62,581 bases of DNA, taken from assembly GCA_031263095.1 (NCBI GenBank), contig JAISGI010000036.1, forward strand, positions 1 to 62,581, read 5' to 3'. Below the pieces are notes generated by a model. The model saw only the letters and a program-made list of their open reading frames with translations. It was not told the origin of the DNA and searched no databases. Positions 32,383-41,239 of this stretch are shown one piece after another. This stretch comes from Rickettsiales bacterium. Lineage in GTDB: Bacteria; Pseudomonadota; Alphaproteobacteria; Rs-D84; CACZYB01. A program made the position numbers and the translations under genes. Every line of letters starts with the position of its first letter. Position 1 is the first letter of the stretch.

Positions 32383-34749
32383 TCAAGAACGAAGTTCGCC
32401 GCCAAGTTTTACGCCCGCCGCAACGGCCGCATTGAACACCGCCGCAATCTCCGCATCATCAAGGGTCTTCTCCGTCGAACCAATGACAAGCCGAACTCCT
32501 ATCGCCCGCCGCTCGCCAAGCTCCGCACCGGTATAGACATCGAATATCGACACCCCGCGGACAAGCGGGTTCTTGAGTGCAACTATTGAGGCCTTGACTT
32601 CGCCCGCGCCGACCGTTGGCCCGAAAAGCATGGAAAACTCGCGCGTGCTTGCGGGAAATTCCGAAATCTGGGCGGGCTTCTTCGCCGTCCCTTTCGCTTC
32701 TTTGACCGGCAACGCACCAAGGTCAAGCTCGAAAAACACCGCCTTGCCGCGAAGATCGAATTTCTTGGCCGCAATGGGGTGGACTTCGCCGAAAATCCCG
32801 ACCTGCACAGGGCCAAGTAGCACCCGCGCCGAGGCATGCGGGTTCGCCCATTCGGGCACCCCCTCGCGCGCAAGCTTGAGCCTCTCGAACGAAAGACCGT
32901 ACAGGGCAAGAACCGCCGCCATATCCGCCTTCATGTCGTAAATCGAGAATTCGCGCGCGCCGACCTCCCACGCACCCTCCGCGACCGGCCCAAAACGCAC
33001 CGCGCTCGCATAGGTCTTCTGCTCGCCCGGATTGGCGCCATGAAACACCGGCCCGATTTCGAAGAGAGAGACCGACCGCACTCCGCGCGCATTGTTCGCC
33101 GCCACCGCGTCAAGCAAATTCGGTAAAATAGAAGTACGCATTTCGTCAAGCTCGGAGGTTATAGGATTCGCAACCCGCACACCCGCGCCCCCAAACTGCT
33201 TCAAGGAATTGGTGAAGCTCCAGGTGTACGCTTCGACAAGGCCGCGCATGGCCAACTCCCGCCTCGCCCGCGCAAGCCGCGATTGAGAGGCCGCAAGCAC
33301 CGGCGCGGGAGCCCCCTCCGCAACGACCGACACCGCAGGCAACTTGTCATACCCATACACGCGGATAAGCTCCTCGGTTATGTCTTCTTTTATGGCAATG
33401 TCCGCCCGCCACGACGGAGGAGTGATGAGGAGCGCGGCGCCCTTTTCCTTCACCTCGCACCCAAGCCGCTTCAAAATCGAGGCCATCTCCGGAACAGGCA
33501 TGTCAAGCCCGATTCGCTGCGCGAAATGCGCCACCGGAAACTCGACCACATAGGGCTTGTAAGGATTGGCACCAGTCCGTATGACCTCGCTCGCCTCCCC
33601 GCCCGCAACGGACAAAACAAGCGCACTCGCCGCCTCCATGCCCCAGTCGGTGGAAGACGGGTCGATACCCCGCTCGAACCGGTATTTCGACTCGGACGAA
33701 AGGCCAAGCCGCCGCGCCGTCGCACGTATCGCCACCGGCTCGAAATACGCCGACTCGAGGAGGATGTTGCGCGTGTCGAGGCCGCACGCCGACGCCGCTC
33801 CACCCATTACACCGGCAAGCGATTGCACACCAACGTCATCCCGTATCACAACGTCGCCCGCCGCCAAAGTATATTCGTTCCCGTCCAAGGCAAGGAACTT
33901 CTCGCCACCCTTGGCATGCGCAACCACCAACGAGCCTTTTATCTTGTCCGCATCAAACACATGCACAGGCCGACACCATTCGTTCAGAGCATAATTCGTT
34001 ATATCGACAAGCGCCGAAATGCTGCGATTCCCGATTGCCGCCAAGTATGCGGCAAGCCATTCAGGAGAAGCACCATTCGCAACGCCGCGTATGTGCCGGA
34101 TATTGAATTCCTTGGCAACATCAAGCGCCTCATTGCGCACTTTTATAGGCGAAACAAACGCACCCGCAACCGGCTTGACATCCAAGGGAATGAACTCCCC
34201 ATACCCGCCGGCGGCCAAGTCGCGCGCAATCCCGATTACGCCCAAATAGTCCGGCCGATTGGACGTCACCTCCGCATCATAAATCACATCCGCAGGCAGA
34301 TATTTTGCCACCGCCTCGCCAGCCTTCGCCGACGGCGCAAGCTCCAAAATCCCGTCATGCTCATCCCCAAGCCCAAGCTCGCGTATCGAGCACATCATGC
34401 CTTGCGATTCCACCCCGCGAATCTTCCCGGCCTTGAGCCGCTCGCCAGTCGAGGGAATAATGTCCCCCGGCCGCGACAAAACACCTTTAAGGCCGACGCG
34501 CACGTTCGGCGCACCGCATACGATTTGCAGCTCAGCCGTGCCCGTCGAAACTTTCAAAAGGTGCAGATGATCCGAATCCGGATGCATCTCGCACGAAACA
34601 ATCTCGCCAACTATAAACGGGGCAAGCGGCGCGGCCTTATCCTCCATTTCCTCGATTTCAAGGCCGAGGAGCGTAAGCCCGTCGCGAATTTCCGCCGCGC
34701 TCGCCTCCGTCCGCAAATATTTTTTAAGCGCGCTAAGTGTGAATTTCAT
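32383..34749 (-). CDS. pheT: phenylalanine--tRNA ligase beta subunit
   Basis: 788 aa, with the tRNA-binding, B3/4, B5 and FDX-ACB domain order. It lies immediately downstream of pheS. Confidence 0.97.
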   Translation of the reverse strand: MKFTLSALKKYLRTEASAAEIRDGLTLLGLEIEEMEDKAAPLAPFIVGEIVSCEMHPDSDHLHLLKVSTGTAELQIVCGAPNVRVGLKGVLSRPGDIIPSTGERLKAGKIRGVESQGMMCSIRELGLGDEHDGILELAPSAKAGEAVAKYLPADVIYDAEVTSNRPDYLGVIGIARDLAAGGYGEFIPLDVKPVAGAFVSPIKVRNEALDVAKEFNIRHIRGVANGASPEWLAAYLAAIGNRSISALVDITNYALNEWCRPVHVFDADKIKGSLVVAHAKGGEKFLALDGNEYTLAAGDVVIRDDVGVQSLAGVMGGAASACGLDTRNILLESAYFEPVAIRATARRLGLSSESKYRFERGIDPSSTDWGMEAASALVLSVAGGEASEVIRTGANPYKPYVVEFPVAHFAQRIGLDMPVPEMASILKRLGCEVKEKGAALLITPPSWRADIAIKEDITEELIRVYGYDKLPAVSVVAEGAPAPVLAASQSRLARARRELAMRGLVEAYTWSFTNSLKQFGGAGVRVANPITSELDEMRTSILPNLLDAVAANNARGVRSVSLFEIGPVFHGANPGEQKTYASAVRFGPVAEGAWEVGAREFSIYDMKADMAAVLALYGLSFERLKLAREGVPEWANPHASARVLLGPVQVGIFGEVHPIAAKKFDLRGKAVFFELDLGALPVKEAKGTAKKPAQISEFPASTREFSMLFGPTVGAGEVKASIVALKNPLVRGVSIFDVYTGAELGERRAIGVRLVIGSTEKTLDDAEIAAVFNAAVAAGVKLGGELRS

Positions 34750-34752
34750 GTC

Positions 34753-35808
34753 TTATCTCCTGCTCAAACCGGCTGCCATAGTCGGCACATCGCCGGGCTC
34801 GAATCCATAGTGGGCAAGCCAGCGCACATCGTTCTCGAAGAACCGCCGCATGTCGTTTATGCCGTACTTGAGCATGGCGATTCGCTCTATCCCCGTGCCG
34901 AACGCGAAACCCTGGTACACCTCCGGGTCAACCCCCACCGCGCGAAGGACGTTAGGGTGCACCATCCCGCAGCCGAGAATCTCGAGCCACCGCTTGCCCT
35001 CGCGCCCGATTTTAAGCTCGCCGTTCTCGAAAGTGCAGCGTATGTCCATCTCGGCCGACGGCTCGGTAAAGGGGAAAAAGTGCGGCCTGAACTGCACCGG
35101 CACATCGTCCGTCTCGAAAAACGCCTTGAGGAAGTCGATAAGACAACCCTTCAGGTGCGACATGTTCACTCCGCGGTCGATGTATAGTCCCTCGATTTGC
35201 TGGAACATAGGGGAATGCGTGGCGTCCCAGTCGCGCCGATACACCCGCCCCATGGTGATGATTTTGATAGGCGCGCCATGCTCCTCCATCGCGCGGATTT
35301 GCACGTCCGAAGTCTGCGTGCGCAAGAGGTTCCCACCCTCGATAAAGAACGTATCCTGCGTGTCCCGCGCCGGATGCTCGGGCGGAAAGTTTAGCGCGGC
35401 GAAATTGTGGAAATCGTCCTCGATGTCCGGCCCGTCCGCCATCTTGAATCCCATTGCGCCGAAGATTTGAACAATCTCGTCCCTGACCTGCGAAAGCGGA
35501 TGAATCCGCCCGCCCGCAGTGTTCTCGTATGAAAGCGAAACGTCCATAGGCGAGGCCGCAAGCCGAGCGTTTATTTCGACGGCCTCAAGCTCCTCGCGCC
35601 GGGATTCAAGCGCCGAGGTTATTTCCTCGCGAGCAAGGTTTAAGGTCGCACCAGCGGCCTTGCGCTCCTCCTCCGGCAACCCGCCAAGAGTCTTGAGTTC
35701 AAGCGTCAACGCGCCCGACTTCCCAAGCACTCCGACACGCAAATCCTCGACTTCGCGCACAGTTTTCGCAAGCGCAACTTCGGAAAGTATTTTATCTTTG
35801 TCAAACAT
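34753..35808 (-). CDS. pheS: phenylalanine--tRNA ligase alpha subunit (a duplicated upstream in-frame start exists at 35856)
   Basis: Class II aaRS motifs (HPARDTQDTFF, MGRVYRRD, GFAFGTGIERIAM). Confidence 0.95.
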   Translation of the reverse strand: MFDKDKILSEVALAKTVREVEDLRVGVLGKSGALTLELKTLGGLPEEERKAAGATLNLAREEITSALESRREELEAVEINARLAASPMDVSLSYENTAGGRIHPLSQVRDEIVQIFGAMGFKMADGPDIEDDFHNFAALNFPPEHPARDTQDTFFIEGGNLLRTQTSDVQIRAMEEHGAPIKIITMGRVYRRDWDATHSPMFQQIEGLYIDRGVNMSHLKGCLIDFLKAFFETDDVPVQFRPHFFPFTEPSAEMDIRCTFENGELKIGREGKRWLEILGCGMVHPNVLRAVGVDPEVYQGFAFGTGIERIAMLKYGINDMRRFFENDVRWLAHYGFEPGDVPTMAAGLSRR

Positions 35809-35876
35809 GTTCTTCCTCCAATAAAAATCGGAAAGTATTTTATCTTTGTCAAACATGTTCTTCCTCCAATAAAAAA
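35781..35876. repeat. 2 x 48-bp tandem duplication covering the pheS SD, ATG and first 9 codons
   Basis: Units 35781-35828 and 35829-35876 are identical at 47 of 48 positions. Confidence 0.95.
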
Positions 35877-35927
35877 GGGAGCGTGCGCCCCCTTTATTAT
35901 AATATAAATCTGCATCAGGCGCAAGTG

Positions 35928-36293
35928 TTATGCTTTCCTGATTATAAATCGCTTCACATTCTCGACCACCGCGTCGAACGCCGAGGGTTCGGAAACTGCC
36001 ATGTCGGCAAGCACCTTGCGGTCAAGCTCGACCTTCGCCGCCGCAAGCGCATGCATGAAGTCGGAATAGACAAGCCCGCGCTCGCGCACAGCCGCGTTGA
36101 TTCGCGCAATCCAAAGCGAGCGGAAATTCGACTTTTTCTTCTTGCGGTCGCGATAGGCATACTGCAGGCCCTTTTCGACCCGCTCGTGCGCAATGCGATA
36201 GCAAGACGAAGCCCGGCCGCGGTACCCCTTGGCAAGCTCCAGAACTTTTTTGTGGCGGGCTTTTTTGGTCAGCCCTCTTTTTACACGTGCCAT
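35928..36293 (-). CDS. rplT: 50S ribosomal protein L20
   Basis: [27 protein letters not shown]. Confidence 0.97.
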   Translation of the reverse strand: MARVKRGLTKKARHKKVLELAKGYRGRASSCYRIAHERVEKGLQYAYRDRKKKKSNFRSLWIARINAAVRERGLVYSDFMHALAAAKVELDRKVLADMAVSEPSAFDAVVENVKRFIIRKA

Positions 36294-36303
36294 TTTCCGC
36301 CTC

Positions 36304-36507
36304 CTATTTCAGCCCGTAGGGCATAAGCATTCCGACAAGCTTCGCATCGCCTTTGGAAAGGTATTGCGGGTGGACTGCTTCGGTTAGAGAGCGGTGCGAC
36401 TTGCGCCGCATAAAGTGGTTGTGCCCGGCGCGCGAGGCTTTTATCTTGCCCTTGGCGGTAAGGCGGAAGCGCAGCTTTAAGGCACTTTTTGTCTTCAGTT
36501 TTGGCAT
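36304..36507 (-). CDS. rpmI: 50S ribosomal protein L35
   Basis: [29 protein letters not shown]. Confidence 0.9.
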   Translation of the reverse strand: MPKLKTKSALKLRFRLTAKGKIKASRAGHNHFMRRKSHRSLTEAVHPQYLSKGDAKLVGMLMPYGLK

Positions 36508-36574
36508 TTTCATCTCCGATCATAATGGCGGCAAGGCAGCCAATTTAAGCCCGACGCGCCGTTCAAGTCTCCAA

Positions 36575-36602
36575 ATCTTACCACAAAGCCCCTATTTGTC
36601 AA
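36575..36602 (-). promoter_or_regulatory. candidate promoter of the rpmI-rplT-pheST operon
   Basis: On the minus strand: TTGACA, 16-nt spacer, TAAGAT. Confidence 0.5.
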
Positions 36603-36620
36603 GAAAAATAAGTTTTATCC

Positions 36621-36649
36621 TTGACCTCTCTCCGTTCGCACCGTATAAT
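36621..36649 (+). promoter_or_regulatory. near-consensus promoter of fabI
   Basis: TTGACC (36621-36626), 17-nt spacer, TATAAT (36644-36649). Confidence 0.7.
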
Positions 36650-36680
36650 TCTAAAAGTTTAACTAACAGGAGTTTCTATT

Positions 36681-37526
36681 ATGAACGGGTTTATGCAAGG
36701 GAAAAAAGGCATAATCTTCGGTATAGCCAACAATATGTCGATGGCTTGGGGCATTGCCCAGGCCGTGCACGAGCAGGGCGCGACCGTCGCTGTCAACTAC
36801 ATGGGCGAGATTATGGAAAAGCGCGTGCGCCCGCTTGCCGAGTCTATCGACGCGCCGATAATCCTGCCTGCCAACGTCCAGGACGACAAGAGCCTTGACG
36901 AGTTTTTCGCAGAGGTTCAAAAGAAGTTCGGCAAAATCGACTTCCTCCTCCACGCGATTGCCTTTTCCGACAAGGCCGAGCTTTCCGGACTGTATGTCGA
37001 GAATACCACGCGCGAGAATTTCAAGAATACTATGGATATTTCCGTCTATTCCTTCACCGACCTTGCAAGGCGCGCAAGCCGCATTATGAACGAGGGCGGA
37101 TCTATCTTGACGCTGACCTATCTGGGCGGCGAAACCTATATCCCGAACTATAACGTCATGGGCGTTGCCAAGGCCGCGCTCGACTGCTCGGTCAAATATC
37201 TGGCAAGCGACTTGGGCGCCAAGGGCATCCGCGTGAACGCCATTTCCGCCGGGCCAATCAAGACGCTGGCAAGCTCGGGCATAGACGACTTCAAGCTCAT
37301 GATGAAATGGAACGAGTATAATTCCTTCCTCGGCCGCAACATGACTATGGAGGATGTAAGCAAGGCCGGCATGTTCATGCTCTCCGACCTGTCCTCCGGC
37401 ATTACGGGCGAAGTCCTGCACGTCGATTGCGGCTATCACGCCCAAGGCATGGTCAACCTGAACCACGTCAAGGAATCCGGCGACTTGCTGCTAGAGTACG
37501 CGGGAAGACTGGATAAAAAGGAATAG
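36681..37526 (+). CDS. fabI: enoyl-ACP reductase FabI
   Basis: GKKGIIFGIANNMSMAWGIA, and a Tyr/Lys catalytic region (YNVMGVAKAALD). Confidence 0.93.
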   Translation: MNGFMQGKKGIIFGIANNMSMAWGIAQAVHEQGATVAVNYMGEIMEKRVRPLAESIDAPIILPANVQDDKSLDEFFAEVQKKFGKIDFLLHAIAFSDKAELSGLYVENTTRENFKNTMDISVYSFTDLARRASRIMNEGGSILTLTYLGGETYIPNYNVMGVAKAALDCSVKYLASDLGAKGIRVNAISAGPIKTLASSGIDDFKLMMKWNEYNSFLGRNMTMEDVSKAGMFMLSDLSSGITGEVLHVDCGYHAQGMVNLNHVKESGDLLLEYAGRLDKKE

Positions 37527-37531
37527 CAGGG

Positions 37532-39112
37532 GTGGCGGAGGAAAAGTACAAGGTTCTGGCGCGCAAATATCGGCCGTCCTCCCTGCCCGAGCTTATCGGG
37601 CAGGAGGTTCTGGTAAGGACGCTTACCAACGCCATAGCCCAAAACCGCCTCCACCACGCCTATATTTTCACAGGGATAAGGGGAGTAGGTAAAACCTCGA
37701 CCGCCCGCATTCTGGCCAAGTCCCTCAACTGCTCCGCCCAGGACGGGCCAAGCGTCGAACCCTGCGGCAAGTGCGAGAATTGCCAGGCGATTAAAGAAGA
37801 CCGCCACATGGACGTAATCGAAATGGACGCCGCCTCCCATACCTCGGTCGACGACATACGCGAGATTATCGACGGAGCGCAGTACAAGCCCACCATGGCC
37901 CGCTATAAGGTGTACATTATAGACGAAGTGCACATGCTCTCGAAATCCGCTTTCAACGCTATACTGAAAACGCTCGAGGAGCCGCCGCCCTACGTCAAGT
38001 TCATATTCGCCACGACCGAAATTCGCAAGGTTCCGCCGACCGTGCTATCAAGGTGCCAGCGGTTCGATTTGGCCGCGGTCGAGCCGGAGACGCTCTCCGC
38101 CCACTTCAAGAAAATCGCCAGCTTGGAGGGGATAAGCATAGACGACGACGCACTCTCGATTGTCGCCAAGGTCGCCGACGGCTCGGTCAGGGACGGGCTC
38201 TCTTTCCTCGATCAAATCATCGCCAATTCTATCGAGGATGACAAGGCCATAACCGCCGCCGACGTCGCCAAAATCCTGGGCCTCTCGGCACGCGGAGCAA
38301 CGCTCGACCTGTTCGACGCAATCGCCGCCGCCGATACCAAGGGCGCTCTCGTGATACTTGAAAACGCGCAGAAAGCAGGCGCCGACCCGGTAATGCTGCT
38401 TGGCGACTTGCTCGAGGTTGTGCATTTTCTGACCAGGACCAAGGTCCAGCCCGACTCCCTCTCCTCGCTTCCCATGACCGGGGCCGAGCAGGAACGCCTC
38501 CGCGAAATGGCGGCCAAGCTCTCGATAGCCACGCTCGCCCGCACATGGCAGATGTTGATAAAAGCCTTCGACGAAATGGCCATAGCTCCCTCGCCCGCCG
38601 CCGCGCTTGAAATGGCGGTGATAAGGATAGCGCACATCGGCACCCTGCCCTCTCCCGCCGAGGTCATAGCAAAAATCGAATCCGGCGCTTCCTCGGCTGA
38701 GGAACAAAAAAAAAAATTAGCTCTGTCGCAGGATGACGCCGCACCCACTCCGCTCTCGCTCGAAACATCCGAAGCCCTCTCCGCGCTTTTGAAATCCAAG
38801 CGCAGCTTCCTCCTTTCCCAAGACGTCGAAAAGTACGCAAGGTTTGTAGGATTTGACGGCGGCGCCCTGCGCCTGAATTTCGCGCCCTCCGCGCCCCGAG
38901 AGATTGTCTCGAACCTCAACGCCTTCTTCGCCGAAAACCATATGAACATAAAGGTGGAAAAGTCGGACGAGCCGGGCGCTCCCACGGTTGCCGAGGCCGC
39001 CGAAACCCTGTTCAACACACAGGTGGCCGAGTTTGCGTCAAACCCGATACTCAAGGAGATTCTGGAAATTTTCCCCAATTCTTATGTTGCAAAAATAGAA
39101 ACCGCGGTCTAG
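37532..39112 (+). CDS. dnaX: DNA polymerase III subunit tau (and possibly gamma through recoding)
   Basis: ARKYRP..L.ELIGQE, Walker A GIRGVGKTS, zinc module C..C..C..C, DEVHMLS, and SRC motif LSRCQRF. Confidence 0.95.
   Translation: MAEEKYKVLARKYRPSSLPELIGQEVLVRTLTNAIAQNRLHHAYIFTGIRGVGKTSTARILAKSLNCSAQDGPSVEPCGKCENCQAIKEDRHMDVIEMDAASHTSVDDIREIIDGAQYKPTMARYKVYIIDEVHMLSKSAFNAILKTLEEPPPYVKFIFATTEIRKVPPTVLSRCQRFDLAAVEPETLSAHFKKIASLEGISIDDDALSIVAKVADGSVRDGLSFLDQIIANSIEDDKAITAADVAKILGLSARGATLDLFDAIAAADTKGALVILENAQKAGADPVMLLGDLLEVVHFLTRTKVQPDSLSSLPMTGAEQERLREMAAKLSIATLARTWQMLIKAFDEMAIAPSPAAALEMAVIRIAHIGTLPSPAEVIAKIESGASSAEEQKKKLALSQDDAAPTPLSLETSEALSALLKSKRSFLLSQDVEKYARFVGFDGGALRLNFAPSAPREIVSNLNAFFAENHMNIKVEKSDEPGAPTVAEAAETLFNTQVAEFASNPILKEILEIFPNSYVAKIETAV
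38706..38716 (+). promoter_or_regulatory. A11 slippery run inside dnaX, a candidate recoding site
   Basis: The zero frame reads CAA AAA AAA AAA TTA. The +1 frame reads TAG at 38718-38720. The -1 frame reads ATT AGC TCT GTC GCA GGA TGA, ending at 38736. Confidence 0.5.
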
Positions 39113-39136
39113 AATACCGAAAAAAGGAGATTCCAC

Positions 39137-39457
39137 ATGGTAAATTTGAACGAGCTGGTCGAGCAGGCGCGCGCGATGCAGGAAAAGGTGCGCTTGGCGC
39201 AGGAGGAGCTGGAAAAGATAGACGTCGAGGGCGTCGCTGTCGGCCCCGCCACCGCCTTGGTCAAGGTCACGATGAGCTGCCTCAAGGTTGCCAAGCGCGT
39301 ATCCATAGACCCGTCCCTCATTGCTGTCGAGCAAAAGGAAAACCTCGAGGATCTTTTGGTCGCCGCGTTCAACAACGCCAAGGAAAAGGCCGAGGAAATC
39401 TCGACCGCCACCATGGAAGAGGCCACCGGCGGCCTCCAGCTTCCCGCCGGGGTATAA
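39137..39457 (+). CDS. ybaB: nucleoid-associated protein YbaB/EbfC
   Basis: 106 aa, directly after dnaX, with the family-typical N-terminus (LVEQARAMQEKVRLAQEEL). Confidence 0.9.
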   Translation: MVNLNELVEQARAMQEKVRLAQEELEKIDVEGVAVGPATALVKVTMSCLKVAKRVSIDPSLIAVEQKENLEDLLVAAFNNAKEKAEEISTATMEEATGGLQLPAGV

Positions 39458-39460
39458 TGG

Positions 39461-40588
39461 CTATAGGGCCTTCGCCGCTTTCTGACACTCTTCTATCTCT
39501 TTCTCAAGCTGCGAGAATTGGGCAATGCCTATGCCTCCGGTGATGGCCGATGCCAACCCGCCAGCAGTCGCAAGGCCAGCGGTTATAATGCCGCCCGTCC
39601 CGGTCGCAAGCTTGCCAAGACCCTTTGGCTCTGGCCTGCCGCCGGCCTTTATTATGCCGTCTTTTTTGGCCAGCTCGGACAGTCTTTCGACAACACCCTG
39701 TTTTAATGTATCGAACTGTACTTTGCTTTCGACGATATCATCCTCCTTGAAATTTTGGAAGAAACCTTCGGGTAGCGTACCCGTAAGCTCAGAATTCGAA
39801 CTATTGTACACGCATGAGGCGGAGTACTTGACCCGTATCGAAGCTGTTACAAGTATGCCATATGTTAAAGTCTCGTCATAACTATCCAAAGCTTCTCTTA
39901 GTGATTTATAAACTTTACCGCAATCCATCTCATTACCAACAATTCCTCTGATCTTATTGGCTTCCTCATTGACATCCATTCTAATATCGCGGACAGAGGC
40001 AAGACACTCATCGATAGTAATCTCCTCGCAATTATTGGCTATGTAGTAGGAGAAAAATCTGATGTCGTAGTAATCATAATCACTATCATCATAGAAATAC
40101 CTATTTATATAGTATGCCAAGTATTCGGCGTCAAATCCAAGCCCCTCGGCGTCGCCTCCCTCCTCCTCGGCCTTCTTCTCGTCAAACCTGTTCTTCACCT
40201 GCCCGACGAAGTTGAGGCCGCCCGCAAGGGTCGAAACGCCGCCGCCCGCGACCCCGCCAATCATAAGGCCTTTAATTTGCCTAAGGTCGATTTTGCCGCA
40301 CGCGGATTTTGCCTCTCCGGAAGATTGCTGAGCTTGGGCAAGCTTGGCCTCCGAGTCCGACAGGCTTCGCCTTAGCCGGGCGATTTCGGCGTCCCTGTCT
40401 ATCGCCTGCTGCTGAAGCCTTAGGATTTCGCCGGAGTCGGCCGAGGGCTGGACTATTGGTTGGCTTGCGCCGGAGCTCCCGGGCGACCCGCGCGCGCGTT
40501 GCGCTCTTCCGGCCGACGCGCCTGCGGATACAAGGGTGAAGATAGCCAGAAAGACCAGGCTATCCGCCAATCTTCCACCCCCCCCCAT
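39461..40588 (-). CDS. family-B secreted glycine-zipper / coiled-coil protein, copy B2; the poly-G tract includes the start codon and is in frame at G9
   Basis: AT-G9-T reads ATG GGG GGG GGT GGA.., giving MGGGGRLADSLVFLAIFTLVSAGASA (a signal peptide). A weak SD (AGGA) lies 4 nt upstream. The upstream ATG at 40605 would join only at G10. Confidence 0.7.
   Translation of the reverse strand: MGGGGRLADSLVFLAIFTLVSAGASAGRAQRARGSPGSSGASQPIVQPSADSGEILRLQQQAIDRDAEIARLRRSLSDSEAKLAQAQQSSGEAKSACGKIDLRQIKGLMIGGVAGGGVSTLAGGLNFVGQVKNRFDEKKAEEEGGDAEGLGFDAEYLAYYINRYFYDDSDYDYYDIRFFSYYIANNCEEITIDECLASVRDIRMDVNEEANKIRGIVGNEMDCGKVYKSLREALDSYDETLTYGILVTASIRVKYSASCVYNSSNSELTGTLPEGFFQNFKEDDIVESKVQFDTLKQGVVERLSELAKKDGIIKAGGRPEPKGLGKLATGTGGIITAGLATAGGLASAITGGIGIAQFSQLEKEIEECQKAAKAL
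40578..40586 (-). repeat. poly-G tract (G9 on the coding strand) overlapping the B2 start codon
   Basis: C9 counted on the + strand. Confidence 0.95.
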
Positions 40589-40642
40589 ATATTCCTGATA
40601 TTCATAAAAGTACTATACCACCAAAACGCCGCCCGTACAACC

Positions 40643-41239
40643 CTAAATATTCTTGCGCCCCCTAAGAGCCTCTTCGATTGTGCCCGAGTCGAGATAGTCA
40701 AGCTCCCCGCCGATGGGCACCCCGTGCGCAAGCTCGGTAATCTTCACGCCCGTATCCTGCACAAGTTGGGCAATGTAATGTGCGGTAATCTTGGCGTCAA
40801 TAGTGGCGGGCAGGGCAAGCACGACCTCTTCGATTCCCTCGCCCGCGATTCGCTCCGCAAGACCCGAAAGGTTCAAGTCCTTGGGCTCCACCCCGCTTAT
40901 GGCGGACAAAACGCCGCCGATAACGTGATAGCGCCCCTTGAAGAACCCACCTCTCTCGAACGCCCAAAGCGAGGTTATGTCCGCAACCACGCACAAAATC
41001 CGACTGTCCCGGCTCGCGTCCCGGCATATCGAGCATGGCGAGCAGGTGTCGAAGTTCCCGCACACCGGACACTTCGTTATGTCCGCCGCAACCTTGGCAA
41101 GCGCCTCGATAAGAGGCAAAAGCTTGTCTTCGCGGTGGGAGATAAGACTGATTGTGGCCCGCGTCGCCCCGCGCGCGCCGAACCCCTGGATTTTCGAGAG
41201 TACGGAAATAAGCTCCTGTATCGGCCCGTTCTTATCCAT
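40643..41239 (-). CDS. recR: recombination protein RecR
   Basis: Zinc finger CPVCGNFDTCSPCSIC and a Toprim-like region (ILCVVADITSLWAFER). The start was moved to MDKNGPIQELI. Confidence 0.93.
   Translation of the reverse strand: MDKNGPIQELISVLSKIQGFGARGATRATISLISHREDKLLPLIEALAKVAADITKCPVCGNFDTCSPCSICRDASRDSRILCVVADITSLWAFERGGFFKGRYHVIGGVLSAISGVEPKDLNLSGLAERIAGEGIEEVVLALPATIDAKITAHYIAQLVQDTGVKITELAHGVPIGGELDYLDSGTIEEALRGRKNI

Noticed and set aside
33283-35187. Long Arg-rich ORF (634 aa, +) and similar long ORFs at 9409..10317, 9962..10957, 40460..41308, 44088..45272, 60456..61424 and 54607..55593.
   Set aside because: All are antisense or out-of-frame shadows of well-supported genes (pheT/pheS, gap, rluD, recR, lpxB, ftsH, C3). 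Their Arg/Pro/Gly-rich composition is typical of non-coding frames in GC-rich DNA.
36514-36680. A missing infC upstream of rpmI, or a hidden small gene in the rpmI-fabI intergenic region.
   Set aside because: Only divergent promoter-like hexamers are present. No ORF with IF-3 features exists here, so infC is presumably elsewhere.
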